Shown piece after piece: positions 48,053-58,240 of a DNA stretch of 64,000 nucleotides; the first letter of the stretch is position 1; every line of letters begins with the position of its first letter. The translations under genes and the position numbers were made by a program. The notes below the pieces were generated by a model that had not been told where the DNA came from, ran no database searches, and saw nothing but the letters and a program-made list of their open reading frames with translations. The stretch comes from Candidatus Latescibacterota bacterium (GTDB lineage: Bacteria > Latescibacterota > UBA2968). Where the stretch lies: assembly GCA_965116885.1 (NCBI GenBank), contig OZ220741.1, positions 928,001 through 992,000 on the forward strand, written 5' to 3'.

Positions 48053-49219
48053 TCACTCAAACGGCACCAGACTCGCGCCCACCGGATCGGGACTCGTGGG
48101 CCGAATCGGCATCTCCTCATAAGAACGATAAGATATATCCAGATGCGGCGTCTCAACCCGTCTATACCCCTCATACCGCGAATCTATCAACGCCTCCAGC
48201 GCACCGGAAATCAGCAACGTGCGCTCAACCGGATACTGCGGTCGCCCCGTCAAAAACATCTGCTGAATATTCAAACTCAAATAACTAAAATGCGCATGCG
48301 GATTATCCGGCAAAAAAACGCGCATATTATCCACCTCTCCCCCGCGCCGCGCCGCAAAACCCCACCCCCGCGTGTACCCATTCAACATAAACGTCGCCGC
48401 CGTCAACCCATCTGCATACTCCAACAAAAAAACAGCCGGATTCTCGCAATGCGCGCGCACATCGCCATCCTCCTTCGCCTCAATATGCGCCACCGCCGCC
48501 GCGTACAAATCGCGATCCCACGCATCCGACGCCCAGACATCATCCCCCTCCAAACACTGCACCGCCACAATCCCCGTCTCCCCGCCCGCCCGGCGCTCAA
48601 CCATACACTGCAGCGTCTCCAGCGCGTGAAAACCATAAGAATCAAGCCCACCAAAAGCCACCGACATCGCCATCTCGATCTCCGTATCCAAATCATACTC
48701 AAGCCACGGCTTGCGCCATGCAAGTGGCAGAGACGACCCCGCCATAAACGGCACCTCTATCTCCCGCGCGCGATCGCACATCCACTTTGCATCGTGCCAA
48801 TTATACGAAAGATGCTTATCGCTAAACACCGGCACAGACCGCCCCGACGAAGCGAACACCCCGCAAATCTGCTCAAAAAAATACTTCCGCGGATACATAT
48901 GTTGCTCCTTCTCATTCCACGGATAATCGCCGTGCTCGCCAATCAGCAACACCCCATCCACCGCCAGTTCATCACCGCCCAAAGTCAACGCCTGATTAAT
49001 ACTCCCGAACATCGGCACACCGTATTCCTCTGCAATCGCGCACCCGATATCATCTCTGAAATGCACCTGATCCAGATACATCGACGCCACATCCACCTCT
49101 GGTGAAAGCAACCCGTCATCTGTTGGAAACCCCTTCAAAAACTTCGTCACAATCACATCGGCATGTGACCGCGGAAAATACGACGTAATCACCGCTGCGA
49201 TTTTCTTTCGATCAGCCAT
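48053..49219 (-). CDS. Conserved hypothetical protein, distantly Gfo/Idh/MocA-like
   Basis: SHADVI, VDGVLLIGEHGDYP, VFSDKHL, MAGSS, SYGFHALE; GGAGG RBS. Confidence 0.65.
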   Translation of the reverse strand: MADRKKIAAVITSYFPRSHADVIVTKFLKGFPTDDGLLSPEVDVASMYLDQVHFRDDIGCAIAEEYGVPMFGSINQALTLGGDELAVDGVLLIGEHGDYPWNEKEQHMYPRKYFFEQICGVFASSGRSVPVFSDKHLSYNWHDAKWMCDRAREIEVPFMAGSSLPLAWRKPWLEYDLDTEIEMAMSVAFGGLDSYGFHALETLQCMVERRAGGETGIVAVQCLEGDDVWASDAWDRDLYAAAVAHIEAKEDGDVRAHCENPAVFLLEYADGLTAATFMLNGYTRGWGFAARRGGEVDNMRVFLPDNPHAHFSYLSLNIQQMFLTGRPQYPVERTLLISGALEALIDSRYEGYRRVETPHLDISYRSYEEMPIRPTSPDPVGASLVPFE

Positions 49220-49294
49220 AGCTTTTCCCTCCTGTCTCGTTGTGTAAACGTTAAATTATACCACAAGGAGTTCAACGACAACAAAAAAAACCTT

Positions 49295-49384
49295 CTGGAT
49301 CGCACGGGACGGCACGGGGGCCGTCCCCTACAACATCATGCCGCAATGACGCATGCCTCGCCCCTACACTGACCACTGACTACT
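49295..49384. repeat. GTAG REP nested inside a CGTC-type palindrome, plus a half REP and ACTGACC-type heptamers
   Basis: CTGGATCGC-[ACGGGACGGCACGGGGGCCGTCCCCTACAACAT]-CATGCCGCAATGACG-CATGCCTCGCCCCTAC. Confidence 0.7.
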
Positions 49385-49466
49385 AAATATTCTTACATCC
49401 TCACACCCAAAATTTGGTATCTTAAACACCCTGAACACAACCACAATCTTTACCAGGAGGAATCAC

Positions 49467-50072
49467 TTGACCGAAGTCAAAGCCACCAACATCGTCTGGC
49501 ACGAAGGCCATGTCGCGCGCAAACAGCGCGAAGACCTACTCGAACAAAAAGGCGCACTCATCTGGCTCACCGGACTGCCCAGCTCGGGCAAAAGCACCAT
49601 CGCATTCACCACAGAACACGCCCTGATCGAACGCGGGCGCATGGCCTATGTACTCGACGGCGACAACATCCGCCACGGCCTCAACAAAAACCTCGGATTC
49701 TCAGCCGAAGACCGCGCAGAAAACATCCGCCGCATCGGCGAAGTAGGCAAACTCTTTACCGACGCCGGTATCATCACCCTATCCAGCTTTGTAAGCCCCT
49801 ATCGCACCGACCGCGACAGCGTGCGCGAACTCATGGAAAACAAAAACTTCATCGAAGTATTCATCAACACCCCGCTCGACGTATGTGAAGAACGCGACCC
49901 CAAGGGCCTGTACAAAAAAGCGCGCACAGGTGAAATACCCAACTTCACCGGCATCTCTGACCCCTATGAACCCCCCGAAAACCCCGAACTCGTCATACAC
50001 ACCGTTGACAGCACGCCACAAGAGGCCGCATTGCAAATCATCTCCCTGCTCGAAACGCGCGGAAACATCTGA
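49467..50072 (+). CDS. cysC: Adenylyl-sulfate kinase
   Basis: IWLTGLPSSGKST, LDGDNIRHGL, RDPKGLY, FTGISDPYE. Confidence 0.95.
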   Translation: MTEVKATNIVWHEGHVARKQREDLLEQKGALIWLTGLPSSGKSTIAFTTEHALIERGRMAYVLDGDNIRHGLNKNLGFSAEDRAENIRRIGEVGKLFTDAGIITLSSFVSPYRTDRDSVRELMENKNFIEVFINTPLDVCEERDPKGLYKKARTGEIPNFTGISDPYEPPENPELVIHTVDSTPQEAALQIISLLETRGNI

Positions 50073-50074
50073 CA

Positions 50075-50734
50075 ATGCCCATCATCGACCTCACCATGCC
50101 CATTGCCGACCACTTCCGCTGGCCCGTTGAGCGCAGCCTAAAAAGCAGTTTTGAAACCGGCGACATGGCGCAAGTGACCCACATGGGATGGGCAGTCCAC
50201 GGATTCACGCACGTCGATGCGCCGCGCCACATGTTCCCGGAAGGACCCACCACCAGCGACACCAAACTCGACCAAATCGTGGGACAAGCCGCAGTCGTCG
50301 ATCTCTCGGGCATCGCGCCGGAAACCCCGATCACCGAAGCGCAGATTCGCGCTGCCGGACAACACATACGATCCGGAGACATCGTCGTCATGAAAACGCG
50401 GTGGGACGAAATAGAATCGCATCAAACCCCCGAATTCTGGACCCGCGCGCCCTACATGTCGCGCGCTGCCGCAAAATGGTTGCGCGCGCAAAACATCCGC
50501 GCCATAGCATTTGACTTTCCGCAGGACTATCCCATTCGCCAATTGCTCAATAACCAGAGAGCACCCCTTTCCGAATTTGTAACCCACGACATCCTCTTGC
50601 GCGAAGGCATTATCCTCATCGAATACATCTGCAACACGGGCATGATAGCAACAGACCGCGTATCCTTCTTCGCCCTACCCTTAAAAATCCCCGAAGCCGA
50701 TGGCGCACCGGCTCGCGTCATCGCAATACCATAA
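50075..50734 (+). CDS. Cyclase (kynurenine formamidase-like) family metal hydrolase
   Basis: IIDLT, HGFTHVDAPRH, DGAPARVIA. Confidence 0.85.
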   Translation: MPIIDLTMPIADHFRWPVERSLKSSFETGDMAQVTHMGWAVHGFTHVDAPRHMFPEGPTTSDTKLDQIVGQAAVVDLSGIAPETPITEAQIRAAGQHIRSGDIVVMKTRWDEIESHQTPEFWTRAPYMSRAAAKWLRAQNIRAIAFDFPQDYPIRQLLNNQRAPLSEFVTHDILLREGIILIEYICNTGMIATDRVSFFALPLKIPEADGAPARVIAIP

Positions 50735-50750
50735 CCCCCGGGAAACCACC

Positions 50751-52115
50751 ATGATCTACCACCAACTCTTCGCCCAAATTGACCGCACCGTACGCGTTGG
50801 CGTCATCGGCACCGGACACTACGCCACAGCCCTCGTCACACAATCGCGCGTCGTCGATCAACTCCACGTACCCGTCGTCTGTGACACAAACCCGGACGCA
50901 GCTCAAAATGCATATCATCACGCCGGCCTGGACACCGACAAAACCATCATAGCCGACACCGCCCAACAGGCTGCCGCAGCCATAGAACAGGGCAAATATG
51001 TCATCCTCACCGACGCCATGCAAATGATGGACCTGCCCCTCGACGTCATCGTAGAATCCACAGGCGTCCCGAGTGCAGGTGCGAAACACGGCATAGAAGC
51101 CATTCGACACGGCAAACACGTCGCCATGGTATCCAAAGAAACCGACGTCACCGTCGGACCCATCCTCAAACACCTCGCAGACAAAGCCGGACGCGTCTAT
51201 ACCGCTGTTGACGGGGACCAGCACGGCCTGCTCATGGGCCTTGTACAATGGGCGCGCAGCCTGGGCCTCGAGGTACTCTGCGGAGGCAAATCACTGGACT
51301 CCAACCGCGTTTACGACCCCCAGACCAACGCCATCGTCTGGTCCAAAGGCAAAATCCAGATCCCCGACGAACGCATATTCTCTACCCAAAATCCCTCTGC
51401 CTACATTGCACAACGCCGCCAGATCATGGGCGAACTGGGCGCCATCGCCGGTTATGACGTCACCGAACTCACCATCGCCGCCAATGCTACCGGACTCATC
51501 CCCGACACAGACACCCTGCACACACCCGTAGTCCGCACCGTTGAAATACCCGAAGTCCTCGCACCCCGAGAAGACGGCGGCATCTTATCCCACCGCGGCG
51601 TCATCGACTGCGTCTCCTGCCTGCGCCAGGCAAACGAACCCGGCCTCGGCGGCGGCGTCTTCATCGTCATCGCCTGTGAAAACGCCTACTCCCGCCACAT
51701 CCTCACCACCAAAGGACTCATCCCCAACAAAAAAGGCACCACAGCCCTCATCTACCGACCCTACCACCTCTGCGGCGTTGAAACACCCATCACAACACTC
51801 GTCGCGGGCCTCTTAAACCTGCCCACAGGCACCACCGACTACCACCCGTCCTTCGACATAGTAGGCCGTGCAAAAGAACCCCTCAAAGCCGGCGACCAGA
51901 TCCGCAACGACCACAGCAAAAAAATCGAATACCTCATGCGCCCCGCGCTACCCGTCGCGCCCGACAACCCCCTCCCCTTCCACATGGCCAACGGCAATAC
52001 CCTCACCCGGGACATCCCCGCTGGCGCATTCATCACCGCAAGCGCAATACAACCAAAAGACAACGACCCCCTCTGGACGCTTCGCAAAGAACAAGACGCT
52101 CATTTTTTACAATAA
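50751..52115 (+). CDS. NAD(P)-dependent oxidoreductase with a C-terminal SAF domain (homoserine dehydrogenase-like)
   Basis: VGVIGTG, KETDVTVGP, DGDQ, RPYHL, L.RDIPAG SAF tail. Confidence 0.8.
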   Translation: MIYHQLFAQIDRTVRVGVIGTGHYATALVTQSRVVDQLHVPVVCDTNPDAAQNAYHHAGLDTDKTIIADTAQQAAAAIEQGKYVILTDAMQMMDLPLDVIVESTGVPSAGAKHGIEAIRHGKHVAMVSKETDVTVGPILKHLADKAGRVYTAVDGDQHGLLMGLVQWARSLGLEVLCGGKSLDSNRVYDPQTNAIVWSKGKIQIPDERIFSTQNPSAYIAQRRQIMGELGAIAGYDVTELTIAANATGLIPDTDTLHTPVVRTVEIPEVLAPREDGGILSHRGVIDCVSCLRQANEPGLGGGVFIVIACENAYSRHILTTKGLIPNKKGTTALIYRPYHLCGVETPITTLVAGLLNLPTGTTDYHPSFDIVGRAKEPLKAGDQIRNDHSKKIEYLMRPALPVAPDNPLPFHMANGNTLTRDIPAGAFITASAIQPKDNDPLWTLRKEQDAHFLQ

Positions 52116-52157
52116 AAAAAACCGGGTACATCGCAAAGATGTACCCGGCTGTTCTTT
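52114..52157. terminator. Terminator hairpin between convergent genes
   Basis: AAAAAAAACCGGGTACATC-GCAAA-GATGTACCCGG. Confidence 0.75.
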
Positions 52158-52169
52158 ACCTCTGCTCTT

Positions 52170-54848
52170 TCACCCCTTCAAAAAACCCCGCAACACCGTA
52201 TGCAAAATCCCACCATTGCGATAATAATCGATCTCCACCGGCGTATCGATACGCACCGTCGCAGAAAACGACTTCACATTCCCATCCTCATCCGTCGCCG
52301 TCACCGTCACATCTTGCAAAGGCTGCAAATCATCGCTCAGCCCGGTAATATCGTACACCTCCCGCCCCGTAAGCCCCAGCGACTCGGCATTCTCGCCCGC
52401 CACAAACTCCAGCGGCAACACCCCCATACCCACCAGATTGCTGCGGTGAATGCGTTCAAAACTCTCCACAAGCACCGCGCGCACACCCAAAAGTAACGGA
52501 CCCTTAGCCGCCCAATCGCGCGACGACCCCGAACCGTACTCCGCGCCCGCAATCACAATCGACGGCACGCCCGCATCCACATACCGCATCGCCGCATCGT
52601 AAATACTCATCTGCTCACTCGAAGGCAGGTGCACCGTCACACCGCCCTCTGTCCCTGGCGCCAGCGAATTGCGAATGCGAATATTCGCAAACGTACCCCG
52701 CATCATCACCTCGTGATTACCCCGCCGCGAACCATAAGAATTGAAATCCTTCGGCTCAACCCCCTTTGAAATCAAAAACTGCCCCGCCGGACTATCCACC
52801 GCAATCGAACCCGCCGGAGAAATGTGATCCGTCGTCACCGAATCGCCCAATCGCGCCAGCACCCGCGCGCCTTTAATATCTGTAATCGCATCTAACTCAG
52901 GCGACAAATCCACAAAAAACGGCGGCTCCTGCACATAAGTACTCTCCGCCTGCCACCCATAGAGATCCCCCGCTTGCCCACCAACCGCATTCCACATCTC
53001 ATTGCCCTCAAACACATTGCCATAGCGCGCCTCGAACATATCCGGCTTGAGCGCCCGTGCAATCGTATCGCCAATCTCATCCTGACTGGGCCAGACATCG
53101 TGCAAAAACACCGCATTGCCATCCCCATCCACCCCTATCGGCTCCGCAGTCAAATCCAGATCCACCCGCCCCGCCAGGGCATACGCCACAACCAGCGGCG
53201 GCGACGCCAGATAATTCGCCTTCACATGCGGATGCACGCGACCTTCAAAATTGCGATTGCCACTCAACACCGACGCAGCAACCAGGTCATCCTCGTGAAT
53301 CGCGGCAACCACCGGATCGGGCAACGGCCCGCTATTGCCAATACACGTCGTACAGCCATACCCCACCGTATAAAAACCCAACTGCTCCAAATACGGCGTC
53401 AAACCCGCCTGATCGAGATAATCCGACACCACGCGCGAACCCGGCGCCAGACTCGTCTTCACATGCGCGTGAACCTTCAACCCCTTCTCCACCGCCTTCT
53501 TCGCCAACAAACCAGCGGCCACCATCACAGACGGATTGCTCGTATTGGTACAACTCGTAATCGCCGCAATCACCACCGCCCCGTGCCCCAGCTTGCCATT
53601 CGTCCTCTTTTGCACCTCATCATCACTTAGTCCAAAACCACTATTGCCCACCGGTGCGCGCAACGCGCCTTCAAACGCCCCCTTCATCTGCCCCAGCGCA
53701 ATGCGATCCTGCGGGCGTTTTGGACCCGCCAAACTCGGCTCCACCGTACTCAAATCCAGTTCAAGCGTATCCGTAAACCGCGGCTCTGGCGTATCATCTG
53801 TACGGAACAACCCCTGCGCCTTCGCGTACCGCTCAACCACATCCACCTCTTCTGCCGTGCGACCCGTGCGCGCCAAATAATGCAACGTCTCATCATCCAC
53901 CGGGAAAAACCCCATCGTCGCCCCGTATTCCGGCGCCATATTTGCAATCGTCGCGCGATCAGCCAGCCCAATACCCGTCAACCCCGTACCGTAAAACTCC
54001 ACAAACTTATCCACCACGCCCTTCTCGCGCAACATCTGAACCACCGTCAACGTCAAATCCGTCGCCGTCGTACCCTCGGGCAACTGCCCATCCAACTTGA
54101 ACCCGACAACCTCGGGCGTCAGCATATAAATCGGCTGCCCCAGCATCACCGCCTCTGCCTCAATACCCCCCACACCCCAGCCCACCACACCCAGGCCATT
54201 AATCATCGTCGTATGTGAATCTGCCCCCACCAGACTATCGGGAAAAGCCACGCCATCCCGGGCAATAACCCCCTTCGCCAGATACTCCAGATTGACCTGA
54301 TGCACAATACCCGTCAGAGGTGGCACCACCCTGAAACGCTCAAACGCATTCGCACCCCAGCGCAAAAACTCATACCGCTCCCGATTGCGCAAAAACTCGA
54401 TCTCTGCATTTCTCCGCAACGCATCCGAATTTGCAAAACTATCCACCTGCACCGAATGATCCACCACCAGATCCACCGGAATCAACGGCTCAACCCGACT
54501 TGTATCGCCCCCCATGCGCCCCATAGCCGAACGCAACGCCGCCAGATCCACCAGCGAAGGCACACCCGTAAAATCCTGCAACACCACCCGCGCGGGCTTA
54601 AACGGTATCTCTATCGGATTGGGATTGGTCGCATTCCAATTCGCCAGCGCCGCCACATCCTCCTCCCGCACCTGATACCCATCCAGATTTCGCAGTGCCG
54701 CCTCGAGCAGCACCCGCACGGAAAACGGCAAAGTCGATACCGCCCCAATGCCATCAGCTTCCAATCGATCCAGCCGAAAAATTGCCAGATCACCTGCCAT
54801 AGTAGAAAGTGTATCCCGTGAATTCAAAGGATTATGCGTTTGACTCAT
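52170..54848 (-). CDS. acnA: Aconitate hydratase A
   Basis: [45 protein letters not shown]. Confidence 0.97.
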   Translation of the reverse strand: MSQTHNPLNSRDTLSTMAGDLAIFRLDRLEADGIGAVSTLPFSVRVLLEAALRNLDGYQVREEDVAALANWNATNPNPIEIPFKPARVVLQDFTGVPSLVDLAALRSAMGRMGGDTSRVEPLIPVDLVVDHSVQVDSFANSDALRRNAEIEFLRNRERYEFLRWGANAFERFRVVPPLTGIVHQVNLEYLAKGVIARDGVAFPDSLVGADSHTTMINGLGVVGWGVGGIEAEAVMLGQPIYMLTPEVVGFKLDGQLPEGTTATDLTLTVVQMLREKGVVDKFVEFYGTGLTGIGLADRATIANMAPEYGATMGFFPVDDETLHYLARTGRTAEEVDVVERYAKAQGLFRTDDTPEPRFTDTLELDLSTVEPSLAGPKRPQDRIALGQMKGAFEGALRAPVGNSGFGLSDDEVQKRTNGKLGHGAVVIAAITSCTNTSNPSVMVAAGLLAKKAVEKGLKVHAHVKTSLAPGSRVVSDYLDQAGLTPYLEQLGFYTVGYGCTTCIGNSGPLPDPVVAAIHEDDLVAASVLSGNRNFEGRVHPHVKANYLASPPLVVAYALAGRVDLDLTAEPIGVDGDGNAVFLHDVWPSQDEIGDTIARALKPDMFEARYGNVFEGNEMWNAVGGQAGDLYGWQAESTYVQEPPFFVDLSPELDAITDIKGARVLARLGDSVTTDHISPAGSIAVDSPAGQFLISKGVEPKDFNSYGSRRGNHEVMMRGTFANIRIRNSLAPGTEGGVTVHLPSSEQMSIYDAAMRYVDAGVPSIVIAGAEYGSGSSRDWAAKGPLLLGVRAVLVESFERIHRSNLVGMGVLPLEFVAGENAESLGLTGREVYDITGLSDDLQPLQDVTVTATDEDGNVKSFSATVRIDTPVEIDYYRNGGILHTVLRGFLKG

Positions 54849-54872
54849 AAACAAGTCCTTCTCTAAAAGGTT

Positions 54873-55103
54873 TCAAGCTACTTTCTCAGGAAAATGGTAC
54901 AAAGGTACTGAATGGACAGGCGTACCAGTTGCGACCCGCTCAATCTCGCGGGCAGTCTCTTCGGTAATAATCCTGTCGCCACACACATCGCAAACCAGTG
55001 CCGGAACACCTTCGATTACGACCACCTGGCCATCGCGACGAGAACTAAACACGACGTGTTTATTCAGATATTGACCCTCATGACAAAGCGTACATTTGTT
55101 CAT
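54873..55103 (-). CDS. YgiT-type zinc finger protein (MqsA-like antitoxin family)
   Basis: CTLC...VVIEGVPALVCDVCG. Confidence 0.8.
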   Translation of the reverse strand: MNKCTLCHEGQYLNKHVVFSSRRDGQVVVIEGVPALVCDVCGDRIITEETAREIERVATGTPVHSVPLYHFPEKVA

Positions 55104-55165
55104 TCTTCACCTCTCTCACCCCAGGGGTGAGAATATTGAATCTATGAATCATTCAGAGCACTACG

Positions 55166-55378
55166 TCAGATAGAGATATCGCTTTTCTCATCTACTATAA
55201 CGATGAGTTGACGCACGATAGGTACCAGTTTGTGGGGAACCTGCATAGCTGTATAACCTTGCTCAAAGGCGGTCTCATCTTCGGCAATGGTCTCTCCTTC
55301 TGTCCGGGATTCGACATGGTCAATGACCTCCTGGACGCGCTTCTGATTCCAACCCTTGGGATATTTATTTTTATCCAA
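55166..55378 (-). CDS. Small hypothetical protein (TA-associated/antitoxin-like; start uncertain, ORF open to 55474)
   Basis: YPKGWNQKRVQEVIDH..AEDE..MQVPHKLVPIVRQLI core; the 5' extension overlaps a CGTC repeat remnant (55416-55428). Confidence 0.5.
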   Translation of the reverse strand: MDKNKYPKGWNQKRVQEVIDHVESRTEGETIAEDETAFEQGYTAMQVPHKLVPIVRQLIVIVDEKSDISI

Positions 55379-55476
55379 GCTTATATTTTTTTTTGATTGA
55401 GAAACGGCAAAACTACTGGATCGCGGCTCAACTTCACCTACTCCATCGCCTTGCATTAAAAACGGATTTATCACTC

Positions 55477-55869
55477 TTACTTCAGTATATCAACATGTCC
55501 ATAATTGAGCATCTTTGCATCCACCGTCAATAATCGACAGTTATGGACTCTTGCCGTAGCAACAATAATCTGATCCGCTGGATCTTTGTGGAACCCAACG
55601 GGCAATTGAGTTGACTCAATTGCAATTTGCGGCGTCAAATTGAGAAACCGAACGCCTGGATATGAGAGTGCCTGACCCATCCACTCTTCAACTGGACAAG
55701 GCAAGACGAGCCGATTATACTCAACTAATTTAGCAACCTCCCAACACGAAATAGCACTCACCCCAAGGCCTTGAGACTCATACTGTTGCAGCCACGCCAC
55801 TTGCTGGCTGGTGAGATGAGCATCTCCCTGAACCCACCAAATCCAGATGTGTGTATCAAGCACAATCAC
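55477..55869 (-). CDS. vapC: Type II TA toxin, VapC/PIN family
   Basis: IVLDTHIWIWW, SAISCWE, HKDPADQIIVATA, LLTVD. Confidence 0.9.
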   Translation of the reverse strand: MIVLDTHIWIWWVQGDAHLTSQQVAWLQQYESQGLGVSAISCWEVAKLVEYNRLVLPCPVEEWMGQALSYPGVRFLNLTPQIAIESTQLPVGFHKDPADQIIVATARVHNCRLLTVDAKMLNYGHVDILK

Positions 55870-56099
55870 TGTGATACGCTCCAATCTCCATCCGCTACAG
55901 GTTCCGTGGGATCAAAGTATTTTATTGGAGTGCCACGCAGTGGATATCGGTCTTTCTCGCTGCTATTTTCTCCCTGTTCAGACGAAAAAGAGCAGGGAAA
56001 AATAAGGATTTCAACAGGCTCGCCTTCTCGAAAAGGCAAATTCTTAATCACAACTGTTCTATCCTGGCGTATAACCGTTTCAACGCGATGGGCATTCAT
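55866..56099 (-). CDS. Putative antitoxin of the adjacent VapC
   Basis: Small gene GTGA-coupled upstream of vapC; LPFREGEPVE..YPLRG..DPTEPV..DW. Confidence 0.7.
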   Translation of the reverse strand: MNAHRVETVIRQDRTVVIKNLPFREGEPVEILIFPCSFSSEQGENSSEKDRYPLRGTPIKYFDPTEPVADGDWSVSQ

Positions 56100-56389
56100 A
56101 TCTCTCACCTCCGGACTGTGATGCCAGCACTGAGCTAAAAAGGTTTGATTGTACATAACAATACAGCGAAAAATTTCAAAAGTCTAATTCCATAAGGCGC
56201 AAGTCATGACACTTTCTTACCAAAGTTGTTAGTAAAAATCAAAAATTCGCATATCGGTTTGTCCGTAAACCAGACAACATGGTCCACATCAAAGAAAAAT
56301 ACCACAACAACCCGTATTTTCAAACTCTTTTTGTACGCTTCGCACTTGATTGGATTGGGAAGAATATATATGTTCTTTCGTTGATCGCT

Positions 56390-56501
56390 GGGACGGCACA
56401 GGGGCCGTCCCCTACATTTACAAACACTGGATCGCGGCTTTAAGCATGCCGCGATGACGGGCGGGCACGACATTCGGGACGGCACAGGGGCCGTCCCCTA
56501 C
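56390..56501. repeat. Mosaic REP cluster (GTAG REP, CGTC palindrome, half REP, GTAG REP)
   Basis: GGGACGGCACAGGGGCCGTCCCCTAC twice, flanking CTGGATCGCGGCTTTAAGCATGCCGCGATGACG. Confidence 0.8.
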
Positions 56502-56514
56502 AACTGACAACTAC

Positions 56515-58071
56515 ATGACCAACCAACGCTTTGTCGCACTCATCATCCTGGACGGCTGGGGATTAAACCCGCGCCGGGACCACAACGCTGTGGCCCTTGC
56601 CAGCACCCCGACGATGGACCGCATCTGGGCCAATTATGCCCACACCACCCTCGACACCTCTGGACGCGCAGTCGGCCTCCCCGACGGACTCATGGGCAAC
56701 TCCGAAGTCGGCCACCTCAACCTGGGCGCTGGGCGCACCGTCATGCAAGCCATGACCCAGATCGACGACCGCATACGAGACGGCAGCCTGTACAAAAACG
56801 AAGCCTTAATCGCCGCCATAGACCGCATCAAAAACCACAACCGCAACCTCCACCTCATCGGCCTCGTCTCTGACGGCGGCGTACACTCATGGCCCAGTCA
56901 CTACGAGAGCCTCATCAAAATGGCAGCCGAGCGCGGCCTTCCCCCAGATCGCGTCTTCATCCACGCCTTCACAGATGGGCGCGACACACCGCCCCAAAGC
57001 GCAATCCACCGCATGCGCGAACTCCTCGCCATGTTCAAAACCCACGGCATTGGCCGCGTAGCCTCCATATCCGGACGGTATTACGCCATGGACCGCGACC
57101 ACCGCTGGGAACGCACCCAAATCGCCTATGACCTCCTCACACAGGGCAAAGGCATCCCCGAAGCCGACCCCATCGCAGCCATACAAAACGCCTACAACCG
57201 CGGCGAAACCGACGAATTTATCAAACCCATCGCCATCGCCGGCAACCCCACCATAAAAGACGGAGACAGCGTCATCTTCTTCAACTTCCGCGGCGACAGA
57301 CCCCGGCAACTCACCCGCGCCTTTACACTCAAAAATTTCGACGGCTTTCAACGCCACACCTGGCCCAACGTACACTTCACCACCCTCACCCGATACGAAG
57401 CCGACGTACCCGTCACCGGCATCGCCTATCCCCCCGAAACCCTCTCGCAAAACATGCCCAACATCTGCGGATCGGTCATCGCCCGGGCAAACAAACGACA
57501 GCTGCGCATCGCAGAAACAGAAAAATACGCCCACGTCACCTTCTTCTTCAACGGCCAACGGGAAACCCCCTTTGACGGCGAAGAACGCATCCTCGTACCA
57601 TCCCCCAAAGACGTCCCCACCTACGACCACAAACCCGAAATGAGCGCACCTGAAATCGCAGACCGATTCACAGAAGCCATCGCAACCAACCAATACGACG
57701 CTGCAATATGCAACTTCGCCAACCCCGACATGGTCGGCCACACCGGCATCCTCAACGCCGCCATACAGGCAGTCACCACCGTTGACACATGCCTGGACCG
57801 CGTCCTCAAAGCCATAGAAAAAGCAAACGGCGCAGCCATCGTCACCGCCGATCACGGCAACGCCGAACAAATGATCCACTACGACACTGGCGAACCCCAC
57901 ACCGCCCACACCACCAACCCCGTACCCTTCGTACTCGTTGACCCCACCTACACGGGAAAACTCCGCGAAGGCGGCGCCTTGTGCGACGTCGCCCCCACCC
58001 TGCTCGCCCTCCTCAACCTGCCAAAACCCGCTGAAATGACCGGGAAGGACCTGAGACGAATAGACGAATAG
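56515..58071 (+). CDS. gpmI: 2,3-bisphosphoglycerate-independent phosphoglycerate mutase
   Basis: ILDGWG, GNSEVGH, DGRDT, GRYYAMDRD, AETEKYAHVT, NPDMVGHTG, TADHGN. Confidence 0.97.
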   Translation: MTNQRFVALIILDGWGLNPRRDHNAVALASTPTMDRIWANYAHTTLDTSGRAVGLPDGLMGNSEVGHLNLGAGRTVMQAMTQIDDRIRDGSLYKNEALIAAIDRIKNHNRNLHLIGLVSDGGVHSWPSHYESLIKMAAERGLPPDRVFIHAFTDGRDTPPQSAIHRMRELLAMFKTHGIGRVASISGRYYAMDRDHRWERTQIAYDLLTQGKGIPEADPIAAIQNAYNRGETDEFIKPIAIAGNPTIKDGDSVIFFNFRGDRPRQLTRAFTLKNFDGFQRHTWPNVHFTTLTRYEADVPVTGIAYPPETLSQNMPNICGSVIARANKRQLRIAETEKYAHVTFFFNGQRETPFDGEERILVPSPKDVPTYDHKPEMSAPEIADRFTEAIATNQYDAAICNFANPDMVGHTGILNAAIQAVTTVDTCLDRVLKAIEKANGAAIVTADHGNAEQMIHYDTGEPHTAHTTNPVPFVLVDPTYTGKLREGGALCDVAPTLLALLNLPKPAEMTGKDLRRIDE

Positions 58072-58206
58072 ACGAATAGACGAATAGACGAATAGACGAA
58101 TCAACGAATAGACGAATCAACGAATAGACGAATCAACGAATAGACGAATCAACGAATAGACGAATCAACGAATAGACGAATCAACGAATAGACGAATAGA
58201 CGAATC
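58056..58206 (+). repeat. Octamer tandem array ACGAATAG/ACGAATCA (about 18 units, alternating in the middle)
   Basis: Read directly; supplies the gpmI stop codon and is followed by a CCACCCAACGG linker as at 16419. Confidence 0.95.
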
Positions 58207-58240
58207 CCACCCTACCACCCAACGGCTGGTACTTCCAGCT

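Noticed and set aside
50075..50734. Cyclase motif variant HGFTHVD
   Set aside because: All metal ligands (H, H, D and downstream H/E) are retained, so this looks like ordinary family variation.
56204..56485. 93-aa ORF upstream of the TA islet
   Set aside because: It is built largely from REP sequence and AT-rich promoter DNA and has no recognisable motif.
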